Below, in pieces: positions 10,856 through 20,395 of a stretch of 32,000 nt of DNA; the stretch's first letter is position 1, and each line of letters begins with the position of its first letter. Below the pieces are notes generated by a model. The model did not search any database, was not told the origin of the DNA, and was given only the letters and a program-made list of their open reading frames with translations. The DNA comes from Amoeboradix gromovi X-113 (taxonomy: Eukaryota > Fungi > Sanchytriomycota). The translations under genes were made by a program, and so were the position numbers. The stretch covers positions 10,433 to 42,432 of the forward strand of contig JADGIF010000013.1 of assembly GCA_018985225.1 (NCBI GenBank). Direction: 5' to 3'.

Positions 10856-12355
10856 TTATTTATCTCCAGGACATTCAAAGCAAACATCACTTCCATTTGA
10901 TGATTTAGGGAAGGCAATAACGCTCTGTATGCTCTCCTCATTGCACAGAATTGCCATCAGTCGATCAAACCCAATAGCAATTCCGCCATGCGGGGGACAA
11001 CCACTGTTTAAACCACTTATTAAATGGGAAAATTGGGCTTTTTGTGCATCAGTGAACTTCAAAATGTCAAATATTTTATTTTGAGTAGCAGAATCATGAA
11101 TACGTAGCGAGCCACTTGCTAGCTCGCTTCCATTTAGCACCAAATCATAGCAACTGCCAATGTTGGATAACAAATCATTATTTAGAGCTAAGTTTGGTTT
11201 AGTAAAAGGATGATGGCAGCATTTGACGCCATTTTTAGTCATCTTAAATAATGGAAAGTCTGTGATCCAAACTGGTTTGTAACCACACAAGGGTTTAACC
11301 AGGTATTTTGGCACAACAGTGCGTAAAGCTCGACCAAGTGGAGTATCTGAAGGGTTATCAGATAAAATCGATATTTCCTGCTCTAATAATAGATCTGAGC
11401 CATCTTCAGCACAAGGATGATCGATATTTGCTAGAAAGGATTCAACAAATAAATCTGATTTCGGTATACGCAGCACCTGGCGATTCCCGATTTGCTGAAG
11501 TGAATATTTTAGCCTCAAGTCAGGTTTATCGCATCCATACAACAACATGGCCTTTTTATATGAAATCTCAGTCAGGGAATCCAGGTGCAACTCAGCAGTC
11601 TTGAAAGCATTGGACAACAATCTCATAACCAGTGATTTTATTTCATCTTCAGTTGTAAAAGATAATTCCAGATCAATTTGAGTAAATTCGGGCTGCCTAT
11701 CTTTACGGTGATCTTCGTTGCGGTAGCATTTGGCCATTTGAAAATATTTTGAAAATCCTCCTACCATAAGCATTTGTTTAAATTGCTGCGGACTCTGAGT
11801 CAGAGCATAATATTTATTCCCCACAGGAACATGAAATTCATTTGCACCTTCACTCGTTGGCTTGAACAATGTTGGAGTTTCAATCTCAACGAAACCATTA
11901 TCAATCAACAATTTTCTCACTTCAAAATTTACTTTCGATCTAAGTCTAATATTCTGTTGAAGCTTGTAATTTCTCAAGTTAACGTATCGCAGTTTTTGCC
12001 GATCTAACATTTCGTGGGGCTTTGCTTTACCTCTAGGATCAAAGGGCAGAGACTTGCAAGAATTCAGTACTTCTATTCTGTTAACAAGCATCTCTTGATT
12101 GTGTTTAATGGATTTGGATGGCTTATATTCCCCATATATTTGTACAACTGACTCGACTGGGATATTCTCCAACTCTTTTATAATATTTACATCGCGAACA
12201 ACGCACAAATGGCTTTTGTTGTTTAAAACATCGAAAAATGCAATATTTTTTAGTATTCTTGGAGGGCGAAGCCAACCAGCAATTGTTTGCATCACCCCTT
12301 TTGCATAAGACGCGGAATATGCTCTAAGAACTCTCTTTCTAGATTTTAATTGCAT
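10856..12355 (-). CDS. DARS2: Aspartyl-tRNA synthetase, mitochondrial/bacterial type
   Basis: Motifs GFVEIETPTL, YYALTQSPQQFKQMLMVGG, CYRNED..DRQPEFTQIDLE, HHPFT, YDLVLNGSELASGSLRIH and PPHGGIAIGFDRL. Start at MQLKSRKRVLRAYS (Arg/Lys-rich, presequence-like). The track's 12460 start is a non-ATG codon inside an element relic. Confidence 0.93.
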   Translation of the reverse strand: MQLKSRKRVLRAYSASYAKGVMQTIAGWLRPPRILKNIAFFDVLNNKSHLCVVRDVNIIKELENIPVESVVQIYGEYKPSKSIKHNQEMLVNRIEVLNSCKSLPFDPRGKAKPHEMLDRQKLRYVNLRNYKLQQNIRLRSKVNFEVRKLLIDNGFVEIETPTLFKPTSEGANEFHVPVGNKYYALTQSPQQFKQMLMVGGFSKYFQMAKCYRNEDHRKDRQPEFTQIDLELSFTTEDEIKSLVMRLLSNAFKTAELHLDSLTEISYKKAMLLYGCDKPDLRLKYSLQQIGNRQVLRIPKSDLFVESFLANIDHPCAEDGSDLLLEQEISILSDNPSDTPLGRALRTVVPKYLVKPLCGYKPVWITDFPLFKMTKNGVKCCHHPFTKPNLALNNDLLSNIGSCYDLVLNGSELASGSLRIHDSATQNKIFDILKFTDAQKAQFSHLISGLNSGCPPHGGIAIGFDRLMAILCNEESIQSVIAFPKSSNGSDVCFECPGDK

Positions 12356-12444
12356 AAAACCCAATAATCTTTGTTTTTCAGCATCCGAAAATGTCTTTAA
12401 ATTGCTGCGCAATATATGGCGCTCTAAAGAAAGTTGAATTTGAG

Positions 12445-12636
12445 ACAGATACAGACACAAACCTCATTTGGAAGCGGTTAGTGACTATATGGCAGCAAGA
12501 ACCATACACTATGTCGATCCTTATTTAATACTGCCTGAGAGTAGTGATAGTGTGAGAAACCACAATAACGGAGTGACTGGCTCTATCGGTTTCCTTTAAA
12601 TTCATGATTTTTAAAACCAAGGCATTTTATGAGGAG
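12445..12636 (+). mobile_element. Old, diverged Fanzor2 3' end and right end, copy C
   Basis: CATTTGGAAGCGGTTAGTGACTATATGGCAGCAAGA (HLEAVSDYMAAR, compare CHLKIDRDHMAARN), followed by TCCTTATT..GTAGTGA..TAACGGAG..GATTTTT..TTTTATGAGGAG, alignable by eye to the other right ends. Confidence 0.7.
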
Positions 12637-12734
12637 AAAATGAGATGATGAACTATTAGATGCCCAAATCTTTTTGTTTTCTGATTTTTTGTCATTTATT
12701 TTAGGCCACTTCTGAATTTTTCACCCACTAAAAC

Positions 12735-13757
12735 ATGATCTTGTGGGAGTTCAATTACTTTTTGCGAAGCAATCTCACACTAGTTGTGGATCATCCAAAC
12801 TTCAAGAAAGTTATACCACTAAGGCTTTTTTATTCTTATGCGGTTTGCCATCAAGATGAATTTAACATTGAAGATATGGTAGTTCTGAAATTAGTAAAAT
12901 ATACAGATATAAGAGAAGAGCATTTACCATTCAAGTCTTTACTTACTAAAAAAGTTCTAAGGCCAGATTTGACAGAGTTCCAACCACAATATTTGTTAGA
13001 AGCAATAATTGGCATGGTAGAGGTGGATCTGACAGGATTATTCGACAGTATGATTATGGGGAAGTTGTCTATTGACAAGGATAACTATTTAGAATATGTA
13101 GCGCGTGTTGACGAGCCATTAAAAATTCCGGATGATAAGATATTAATTAAATGTTTATTCAAATCTCTTAATCTTGACTATTTGATCCACTTGAAGGTCT
13201 TGCTAAATATGCAATCTAGATTGTTGTCGTTGAAATCATTTAATAGGGCTGCTTGTTTTCTTGTACCAATCGCAGAACCATTAACTGCCTTTATTTGTGA
13301 ATTGTATTACAAAGTGGCAGTCGTGGGTAAAGCTGAGTTGAAGTTCCGTATAGGTGAGCAATCGAAGCATCTAATGCCCGAACCATCAAGGTTCTCTTTA
13401 GATATTCTTAAAAAAGATGTAGTTTTGGATGTTTACATAACTTCATCTGCTGATGTACAGCCTAGTAATTCAGTGGAAAGGGAAATAGAAACTGGAGATG
13501 AATTTCTAAATTCCAATCAAAATAAATTAAAGTCATTGCTGCACAAAGATTTTATTCAACTATCCACTCGTAGAAAGACTGCAAAATCAAGACCACCTCT
13601 GCCTTTCCAAAAAGCCGAGGAATCTGAAGTAACTTCAATTTTGAGTGAACAAACAAAACAAAAATCTATCAGAACAGATAGAGCTCTAGCAGCGATAAGC
13701 AATAAGAGTAAAACAACAAAAACAAGCAAAACAGTTGCAATTAACAGATGGAAGTAA
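12735..13757 (+). CDS. Uncharacterised protein, 340 aa
   Basis: Uninterrupted ATG-initiated ORF with a globular N-terminal part and a basic disordered C-terminus; no family recognised. Confidence 0.7.
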   Translation: MILWEFNYFLRSNLTLVVDHPNFKKVIPLRLFYSYAVCHQDEFNIEDMVVLKLVKYTDIREEHLPFKSLLTKKVLRPDLTEFQPQYLLEAIIGMVEVDLTGLFDSMIMGKLSIDKDNYLEYVARVDEPLKIPDDKILIKCLFKSLNLDYLIHLKVLLNMQSRLLSLKSFNRAACFLVPIAEPLTAFICELYYKVAVVGKAELKFRIGEQSKHLMPEPSRFSLDILKKDVVLDVYITSSADVQPSNSVEREIETGDEFLNSNQNKLKSLLHKDFIQLSTRRKTAKSRPPLPFQKAEESEVTSILSEQTKQKSIRTDRALAAISNKSKTTKTSKTVAINRWK

Positions 13758-13902
13758 GTAAATATAGTCGGTTTACATTTATTTCTATGAACTTGTACTT
13801 TTGATCAATTATTGGATGCCAAACTACAAGAGGCTGACAAAAAAATACGACTGAATGTTTTCAACAATGCTTTTCTAAGAGTAGAAGTGGCAAATACACA
13901 TT

Positions 13903-14593
13903 ATACTTGTTATAAGTCCTGATTTCCGAGAAAATCTAGAATTTCCACAGAGAACTAGCGGTGCTAGATGCTCCGTTACATTGATTGCTCACGCTTCCAC
14001 TACCCTGAGGCGGGATTGAACAAGGATACAGATACTTGATGTATATCCCTTTCTGCCATGTCGCCTCTACCTATCTCCAAATGACAGTTGATACAAGTGT
14101 AGCTCTCCAAATTGGTTTCTTTAGAGTATCCGCGTTGTTGCACACGCAAGACATACGAACCATTAAATAAATGGTTTGCAGCCTTATTTATCGTTGATCT
14201 CTTTCCAGGCATTGAAAGACATCTAATTCTTCCATGTTTGGACCAGTTCCTCAACGTTGATGTATGTATACTACAACTATTAGCTGTTTCTTTAGATTTG
14301 ACATGTTCAGGACTGCACCTATTGATTGCATTTACCTTGAGTCTGAATGGAGAATATCGAGCATAAGGTATTTGAAAAATCTAGAAAAGTCATGCGATTG
14401 TATAGAAATACATACGGATTCTCGATTAATGATTTATTTTGCAAAGTTCAATGCCTGCCTAGAATGTAGAATTACAGCACTGGGCTTTGCAACTAACAAA
14501 CCCTTGGTGTGTATTACAAAAATTATTAGTTACGTTGATTTTGTGCAGCGATTTCAATACATGCTTTAATTCTCTTCTACTAACATTCTTATT
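13903..14593 (-). mobile_element. Non-autonomous IS607/Fanzor2 element, copy D
   Basis: Open frame from 14305: HVKSKETANSCSIHTSTLRNWSKHGRIRCLSMPGKR (TnpA HTH) ... KETNLESYTCINCHLEIGRGDMAERD (second half of the Fanzor Zn finger and degenerate DRD..AARN). Right end follows at 14026-13903. Confidence 0.85.
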
Positions 14594-14705
14594 TAGTACT
14601 TCTAATAGGAAAGTATATGGCAAACTTTTTATGAAGATAATTAAATCTTAATGAAAATACCACGTATAATTGATTTACTATGTACTTCTTCATATCGCAT
14701 AACAT

Positions 14706-15338
14706 TTATCTGTTCCAATATTTATCCAGCTCCTCTTTGACTAGTAACTGAGCAGATTTTATAGATTTTATAGTAGTGGTATCAAACCCAAAGTTATACA
14801 AATCGAACTGAATACATCTAGATTGAACGATTACATCGGGAAAAGAAAGCAATAGCAGATGCGGAAGTGTAGAAGTGAAATAAGAGCCGTCTAATTGACT
14901 ATTTACATGATAAACATCTTGACAATGGCCACAGTATCCTTTAACATAAGACACATAGGGCTTATCTGACATACCAATGGGTATTAGTGGGGTTTTGGGA
15001 CAATTATATCTTTTACAGTAGCCATAAATGCCTGATTTGACTTTCATCGCAATTTTCCGCATACCAGGTGCAGTAAGGACATATCTAGCATGAATCATTC
15101 CGTAAAGATGCCTCGTCGATTTATCTAGAATTAAATGTGCATCTTGGCTGTACTCTTGAATATCTGAGTTATCAGTCAGGATATCATAACAAATTGGAAA
15201 ATGAACTATATTTTGAAGACCCGTAAGATTGAATTTGTCCAAATAAAAATCCTCTTCTACGTCTATCAAAAGTTGGCTTTCTGTTTGCCTAACATACCAA
15301 CCTACCCAACCTTCTAAACTCTCACTAGAACTATTCAT
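14706..15338 (-). CDS. CKB: Casein kinase II regulatory (beta) subunit, 210 aa
   Basis: WVGWY, DKFNLTGL, LYGMIHARYVLT, Zn finger C-x4-C (CKRYNC) ... C-x2-C (CGHC), PIGMSD and LDGSYF are CK2-beta signature motifs. Confidence 0.95.
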   Translation of the reverse strand: MNSSSESLEGWVGWYVRQTESQLLIDVEEDFYLDKFNLTGLQNIVHFPICYDILTDNSDIQEYSQDAHLILDKSTRHLYGMIHARYVLTAPGMRKIAMKVKSGIYGYCKRYNCPKTPLIPIGMSDKPYVSYVKGYCGHCQDVYHVNSQLDGSYFTSTLPHLLLLSFPDVIVQSRCIQFDLYNFGFDTTTIKSIKSAQLLVKEELDKYWNR

Positions 15339-15343
15339 TTTCT

Positions 15344-16266
15344 ATGCCTAGTTTAAAGGAGGTGAGTTTTCATATGACGAAATGGGACATGCTAACTAGA
15401 AGTAGACTTGGAGTAAAAGGAGACAAAAAATATATTTTGTTTCATATAAGCAAATCACCTCAGAGGTTGGCCAACAAAACAGTTACGCTCACAATTGAAT
15501 TATCATCGACACCAGTAAGGATGGTAAAGATGGATTGGTGTATAGAGATCTTGTGCTTCCAAAAACATTTACTATGAATATGAAAAATGATGTTAAGGAA
15601 AGGATACGATTATAAAGTGGTTTACTTCGGCAGAGACAGATATAAACATGACGGGAGGGTTCCCGAACATCCTGCACAATGGATTATCGGATTCAGTTGT
15701 TGCAGTCACATTGTTTTTGCTTATTCTTGAGCTCAAAATGAAAGAAGAGGGATTAGCGACGAGTTATCACGTGAAGCATGGGCGATAAAAAGAGGGCGCT
15801 CTACATTAAAAGTTCCAAGTGAAAAATGGTTTGTTAAGTTGTTTAATTTCTTATAGTTTTTGTACATGGAATTCCGCATTGCTCTTTGCAAAATATCTTG
15901 GCGATTATTACTCCGATGAAGCAAAAAAATAGTTGTTTGAATTTTATTTACATATGAGACATCAAATATAAAAACTGGACTAACTTTCTGTAATATTGAT
16001 GCACCACACTTGGTGGTTGTATTTCTGAATAAAGAAGAGTTCGGATACAATTGGACTTGGTGAAGAGGTATTTAACTGAGATTATTGAACGCAGAAGAGA
16101 AGAACTAGTGGTAGACGAGGAATCTGGGCTAGCAAGTAAACCCGTGTCATTGCAATCACAAGACGCATCAAATACATCACCGAAGTTGACCATTCATCAT
16201 GGTACCATAGTTGCCAAACCAAGTGAAATCGTACGTGATAAAGAAGCATTCAGTAAATTAAGATGA
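15344..16266 (+). pseudogene. Degenerate relic resembling a non-LTR (L1/Tx1-like) retrotransposon 3' region
   Basis: Broken frames contain KWDMLT..LGV, FRIAL and YI*DIKYKNWTNFL. The 32-nt GACATCAAATATAAAAACTGGACTAACTTTCT (15958-15989) recurs exactly at 31846-31877 and nearly at 26961-26992. The repeat is directly visible; family assignment is tentative. Confidence 0.4.
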
Positions 16267-16272
16267 AGTAAA

Positions 16273-16535
16273 TTCAATGCCTACAAAGAGATCAAGGATA
16301 GACAAACCTGTAAACTATTTGTTTAATAATACTTATGTGATTGCTCTTACCACATGTGTAACAATAGAGAGATCGTATGGCGGCAAGGAATGTATACATC
16401 AAATATATGTATCCTTATTCAATCCCGCCTCAGGGTAGTGCAAGAGCGACCAGTCACTGTAACGGAGATCTAGTACCGATTGTTTCTCTGTGGGAATTCT
16501 CGATTTTCTCGGAAATCAGGACTTTTAACGAGGGG
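16273..16535 (+). mobile_element. Non-autonomous IS607/Fanzor2 element, copy E (5'-truncated; same internal junction as copy A)
   Basis: TTCAATGCC..AAAGAGATCAA (end of TnpA HTH) is joined to GATCGTATGGCGGCAAGGAAT (DRMAARN). Right end 16412-16535 ends ...GGACTTTTAACGAGGGG. Confidence 0.85.
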
Positions 16536-16560
16536 ACGTTACAATTCTAAAACCTTAAAC

Positions 16561-17847
16561 ATGTTTCCCTATTTCTCTCTTTACTTTGCTAAAACCATTG
16601 AAGAGTCGTTTCCAGAAATCAGAGTCGACAATGGCGTATTGCAACTAACAAAAGATAACTTTTACGTGCTGGAGGAACTAAACTCACCTATGATGGTGAG
16701 ATTTTACACCCAGTGGTGTCGCTCTTGTAAAAAGCACCAAAGCACATATGAATCTGCTGCTAAACTATTATGGAAGGATGCTCAACTGCCATTATTTCAA
16801 GCGGATTGTGGTGAGCTGACTGATATCTGTGGAAAGGTTAAAGTCAATAAAATGCCATCTTTTAAAGTATTTTATAACGGCGTTCTTAAATCAGAATACA
16901 AGGGATCCAGAAGAATGGAGGATATTGTAGATTTCATGACACGGCATAGAATCCCATCTATTTTATCTATTGGGCCGTCAACACCAGAAACCGCTTATTA
17001 TTTCACGTTGGTTACAAACTATAAAAGTTTGCTGGAAAGACCACAGTACAAGCCATTAGTGGTGTACTTAAAAGGAATCGACGTAACATTTTTAGCTATG
17101 ACAGAAGAGAAAGACTTTGTTGAAAATATTCCCTTTGAATTTCGGTTATTGGCAAAGCAGTTCTATTACTTGTTATTTGACATATCTGTGCCAAGTTCAC
17201 ATTCTACTGATGAGCTGGGAAAGAGCTATGTAGATCTTAGTGGATTAGTGAGTGTGGGATACTACTTAACAACACATGAAAATCTTAGAAACTATTTGCG
17301 TGAAAACAGACTGTTGGGTTCAGTTACGATTCTTAATCTATCAAATAATCCACTAAACTCTGAGATCTTTCTCCATATTTTAGAAACTGTTAAAGAATGT
17401 TCAAAGCTACAAGTGCTGGGCTTGACTTCAGCTGCTGGAGATCCCCACAGAAACTCATTTTTACATGTTCCAGATAAAACGCATGTAAGTCATAAACGCC
17501 AATGCCGAGGATACCCAGATTTATTTTCAATTTTTAAGATTCTTGAAAATATAAAGTATCTTGATATACGCGGGAAGCCGGTTGAACCGCAGTTTCTGAC
17601 CATGTTGTTTGAAAGAGCACATGTTTGCATGGAAGGCGAGATCAATAAAGATATCGAATACTTGGAAAAAGTTATTTGGATTCCAAAGGAGTATGTTGGA
17701 AATGCAAATGAATTGCAGTACACCTATTACAGCAAAATATTACAGGTTGCTGTGGGTGATGAAATGTATCTGACAGTCTTGAGGGACGTTTTTGAAGCTC
17801 ATAAGCGGTATTACAAGGACTTTGTATTTACTAATGACGTCAATTAA
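16561..17847 (+). CDS. Thioredoxin/PDI-domain protein (WCRSC) with a C-terminal LRR-like region, ~428 aa
   Basis: VLQLTKDNF...MVRFYTQWCRSCK...ADC...MPSFKVFYNG..EYKGSR is a PDI a-type domain; later LNLSNNPL / LQVLGL / IKYLDIRG are LRR-like. The track's 16480 start lies inside element copy E, so ATG 16561 is used. Confidence 0.75.
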   Translation: MFPYFSLYFAKTIEESFPEIRVDNGVLQLTKDNFYVLEELNSPMMVRFYTQWCRSCKKHQSTYESAAKLLWKDAQLPLFQADCGELTDICGKVKVNKMPSFKVFYNGVLKSEYKGSRRMEDIVDFMTRHRIPSILSIGPSTPETAYYFTLVTNYKSLLERPQYKPLVVYLKGIDVTFLAMTEEKDFVENIPFEFRLLAKQFYYLLFDISVPSSHSTDELGKSYVDLSGLVSVGYYLTTHENLRNYLRENRLLGSVTILNLSNNPLNSEIFLHILETVKECSKLQVLGLTSAAGDPHRNSFLHVPDKTHVSHKRQCRGYPDLFSIFKILENIKYLDIRGKPVEPQFLTMLFERAHVCMEGEINKDIEYLEKVIWIPKEYVGNANELQYTYYSKILQVAVGDEMYLTVLRDVFEAHKRYYKDFVFTNDVN

Positions 17848-18017
17848 ATTTACTTTTCGCTGTTTTTGCAGAGTATAATTGAATTCAATAACCATTTTAC
17901 AATAAATCGACTGATGTAAAATTTTATAAGATCATAAGGCCATCAAGGTAATCGAATTTTGGATGGCTGTGTTGGATACGTTGAGAACAACGAACAAGGG
18001 TTAATATAGGGTATTTA

Positions 18018-20192
18018 CTAATAAGTTGCCAATAAAGAAGCACCGACTAATCCAACAATTTTAAATAGATTAGGGCTTCCATTGTTTTGGGATGCAATAA
18101 CTTTAGTTCCATTTGAGATGGAGGTAATTCCATAAATATAGAGTGTCTCGTCCCCACGATAGGAAGTTATTGGCCCTTCATCTTTGTCATTCAAAGTTGA
18201 TGATGGTCTGGTCACTGATGATGGGTTGTTTACTACAGACTGCTCCATAGGGACAACATCGACAAGGTTTTGTAACTGAGCAGCATTATCGTATTCAGCA
18301 TTCACGTCAACTTGGATATTTGTTGGGCCGAATATATCATCCTTCAAGTTTAAGCTGGGATCCCACACTACATTCATACCATGGCCGAGATCAAATGCCA
18401 TTAGTTGTGGGGCTCCGCCCATGTCCTTATCAAAATCTTCTGCCAGGTCTTCATCCTCCATTCTTAAGTTGGCACTCTGCTTTAACGGAATTGAGGATAT
18501 GTTCTTTGCTTCACTGTCAACCAATACAGTTCCTGACCACATGAATTTACCACCGTTTGTAACAATAGAGCCACTTTCATGATCAAGAGCATTTATGGTT
18601 TCAACAGACTTGACGATGACCAACTCAGAGTCATCCGAGGTGAATGGGAAATTGTTGATCTCAACGTTGTACTTTAACCTAAAAGGTGTTAATACAGAAG
18701 TCTGGTTGTACTCCGTGGATAGTAAGACTTTGTTAGAAATCATAGCGGATATCGTTATGTTTGTACCGTTGCTATCTAAAGTACTTCTGAAATTTTGAAT
18801 TGTGACATCGTCATTTTTTAATTCTGTAAACTCGATTGGGGACCATCTACGGTATCCACCTGTTAAATCGATCACATTTTTAGAATCTTCAACTTTAGTG
18901 CCGTTGACTACTTCAACCACACGTAAAAAAGACACACGGAATGAATCGCGGTGAAAACCGTCACTGGTTTGATCAAAGTGAGCTGCTCTGATAAATGGCA
19001 CACCGTTCAAGTTGAACACGAACCCTGAAGTACCGTTCTCGCTGTGTGCATTAACTAAAACTTTGCGTTGCGTTATATGCATTCTTGCCTTTAAGTTATG
19101 AGGGTAAAACAATTTCTCGGCCTTTTCAACTAAAGATTTTAGTTCTCTCTGTTTATCAGATTCATCGGATGGTATTTTAGTCATTGATAATTGCATTAGT
19201 TTCTGGCTAATGATCTTTTCAATTTCCCGATTATTGTCACCGCTAAATTGAGTGTAGTTGCCGCGGATGTTTTCAAATCCATGTTCTCCATCGGAGTGGT
19301 CACTCATCGTTCTATTTTTGACCTCAAAAGTAACTGGATTATATCCGGTTATTGGAATAAACTCAGTTTTTAATATTTGTTGTTTCTGAGCTCTAGTACC
19401 AAAAACAAACACCAAGGCACGTTGATCTGCCGTGATCCTGGTTCTTATACGAGTGTCACCTTCACTTTGAGATCCAGATTCCAATGTTTTCATTATTTCA
19501 TCCAATTTTTGCTGAATTGCTAAGGGAACTTCATTTCTTGGCACTTCGTAAAAAAGATCACCAGCGACTGTTTTGCTGTAAATTTCTGGTTGAGATTCAG
19601 CTTGGTCAGAACCTTGTCTTTTGAATACTTGTCCAGAAGGGACGTTGTCCCCACCTTGGGTCATTGGTGGAATGCCTGTCTTGGATGAGTCACCACGTCT
19701 GGATTTAGACTCGAATGGCTGAGTCATAGATTTATCATCCCTCTTGGACGATTTGCTTACTGGCATCCGCGACGATGTCTTTGCTGGCATATTTGCAAAA
19801 ATCGAAGCAGCATTATCCCTGTAAAAACGAGACTTTTTAATAAATTCTTGGAAGTACATATCAATAAGCTGCTGTTTATCCAAGTCCAAACTAAAGGACC
19901 CGCTTCTAGGGAACAATGGTTCCTCAGTTTGTCTGCTTTGAAATTCAAGTTTTTCTGTTTTAGAAGATCTCATATTGGCTTTGATGCTGCTGAGGTACTG
20001 TTGTTCCCTTGCTTTCCAGCTTGATATCATTTCCTGCTCGTGAGCTCTGTAACTGGATAGTTTTTGCTGTTCGGCATTTATGAAACTAGTCAGCTTCTCT
20101 TGATTGATAGTTTTGCTAGGTGGTGGTACAATCTCACCATTTACAAGTGACATGCTAGTGACAAGTGCGAGAACTAGCTTGTTGTCAATCAT
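18018..20192 (-). CDS. Secreted or membrane-anchored protein, 724 aa, unknown function
   Basis: Signal peptide (MIDNKLVLALVTSMSLVNG), beta-rich C-terminal domain (KYNVEINNFPF...VVWDPSL) with many N-x-S/T sites, hydrophobic C-terminal tail. Confidence 0.75.
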   Translation of the reverse strand: MIDNKLVLALVTSMSLVNGEIVPPPSKTINQEKLTSFINAEQQKLSSYRAHEQEMISSWKAREQQYLSSIKANMRSSKTEKLEFQSRQTEEPLFPRSGSFSLDLDKQQLIDMYFQEFIKKSRFYRDNAASIFANMPAKTSSRMPVSKSSKRDDKSMTQPFESKSRRGDSSKTGIPPMTQGGDNVPSGQVFKRQGSDQAESQPEIYSKTVAGDLFYEVPRNEVPLAIQQKLDEIMKTLESGSQSEGDTRIRTRITADQRALVFVFGTRAQKQQILKTEFIPITGYNPVTFEVKNRTMSDHSDGEHGFENIRGNYTQFSGDNNREIEKIISQKLMQLSMTKIPSDESDKQRELKSLVEKAEKLFYPHNLKARMHITQRKVLVNAHSENGTSGFVFNLNGVPFIRAAHFDQTSDGFHRDSFRVSFLRVVEVVNGTKVEDSKNVIDLTGGYRRWSPIEFTELKNDDVTIQNFRSTLDSNGTNITISAMISNKVLLSTEYNQTSVLTPFRLKYNVEINNFPFTSDDSELVIVKSVETINALDHESGSIVTNGGKFMWSGTVLVDSEAKNISSIPLKQSANLRMEDEDLAEDFDKDMGGAPQLMAFDLGHGMNVVWDPSLNLKDDIFGPTNIQVDVNAEYDNAAQLQNLVDVVPMEQSVVNNPSSVTRPSSTLNDKDEGPITSYRGDETLYIYGITSISNGTKVIASQNNGSPNLFKIVGLVGASLLATY

Positions 20193-20395
20193 AATTTACA
20201 CGGAGGCAACTTATTTCTCTTAAAGCTTTGCGAATATTCTTGTGGAAGTTTCCCAGCCAATTGCTGCATAAGAACTTTCCGACTCGAATCCATACCCAAT
20301 CATTCGATAAAGCCACTATATCAAGAATCAGCGCATTTTAAGGTAGAAATAAAAACTTGAGCGCTTGTTAATAAACTGCTTTTACTTTATGAATA

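Noticed and set aside
16480-16560. Extra N-terminus of the thioredoxin ORF in the track
   Set aside because: It starts at a TTG inside the Fanzor right end; ATG 16561 gives a hydrophobic N-terminus.
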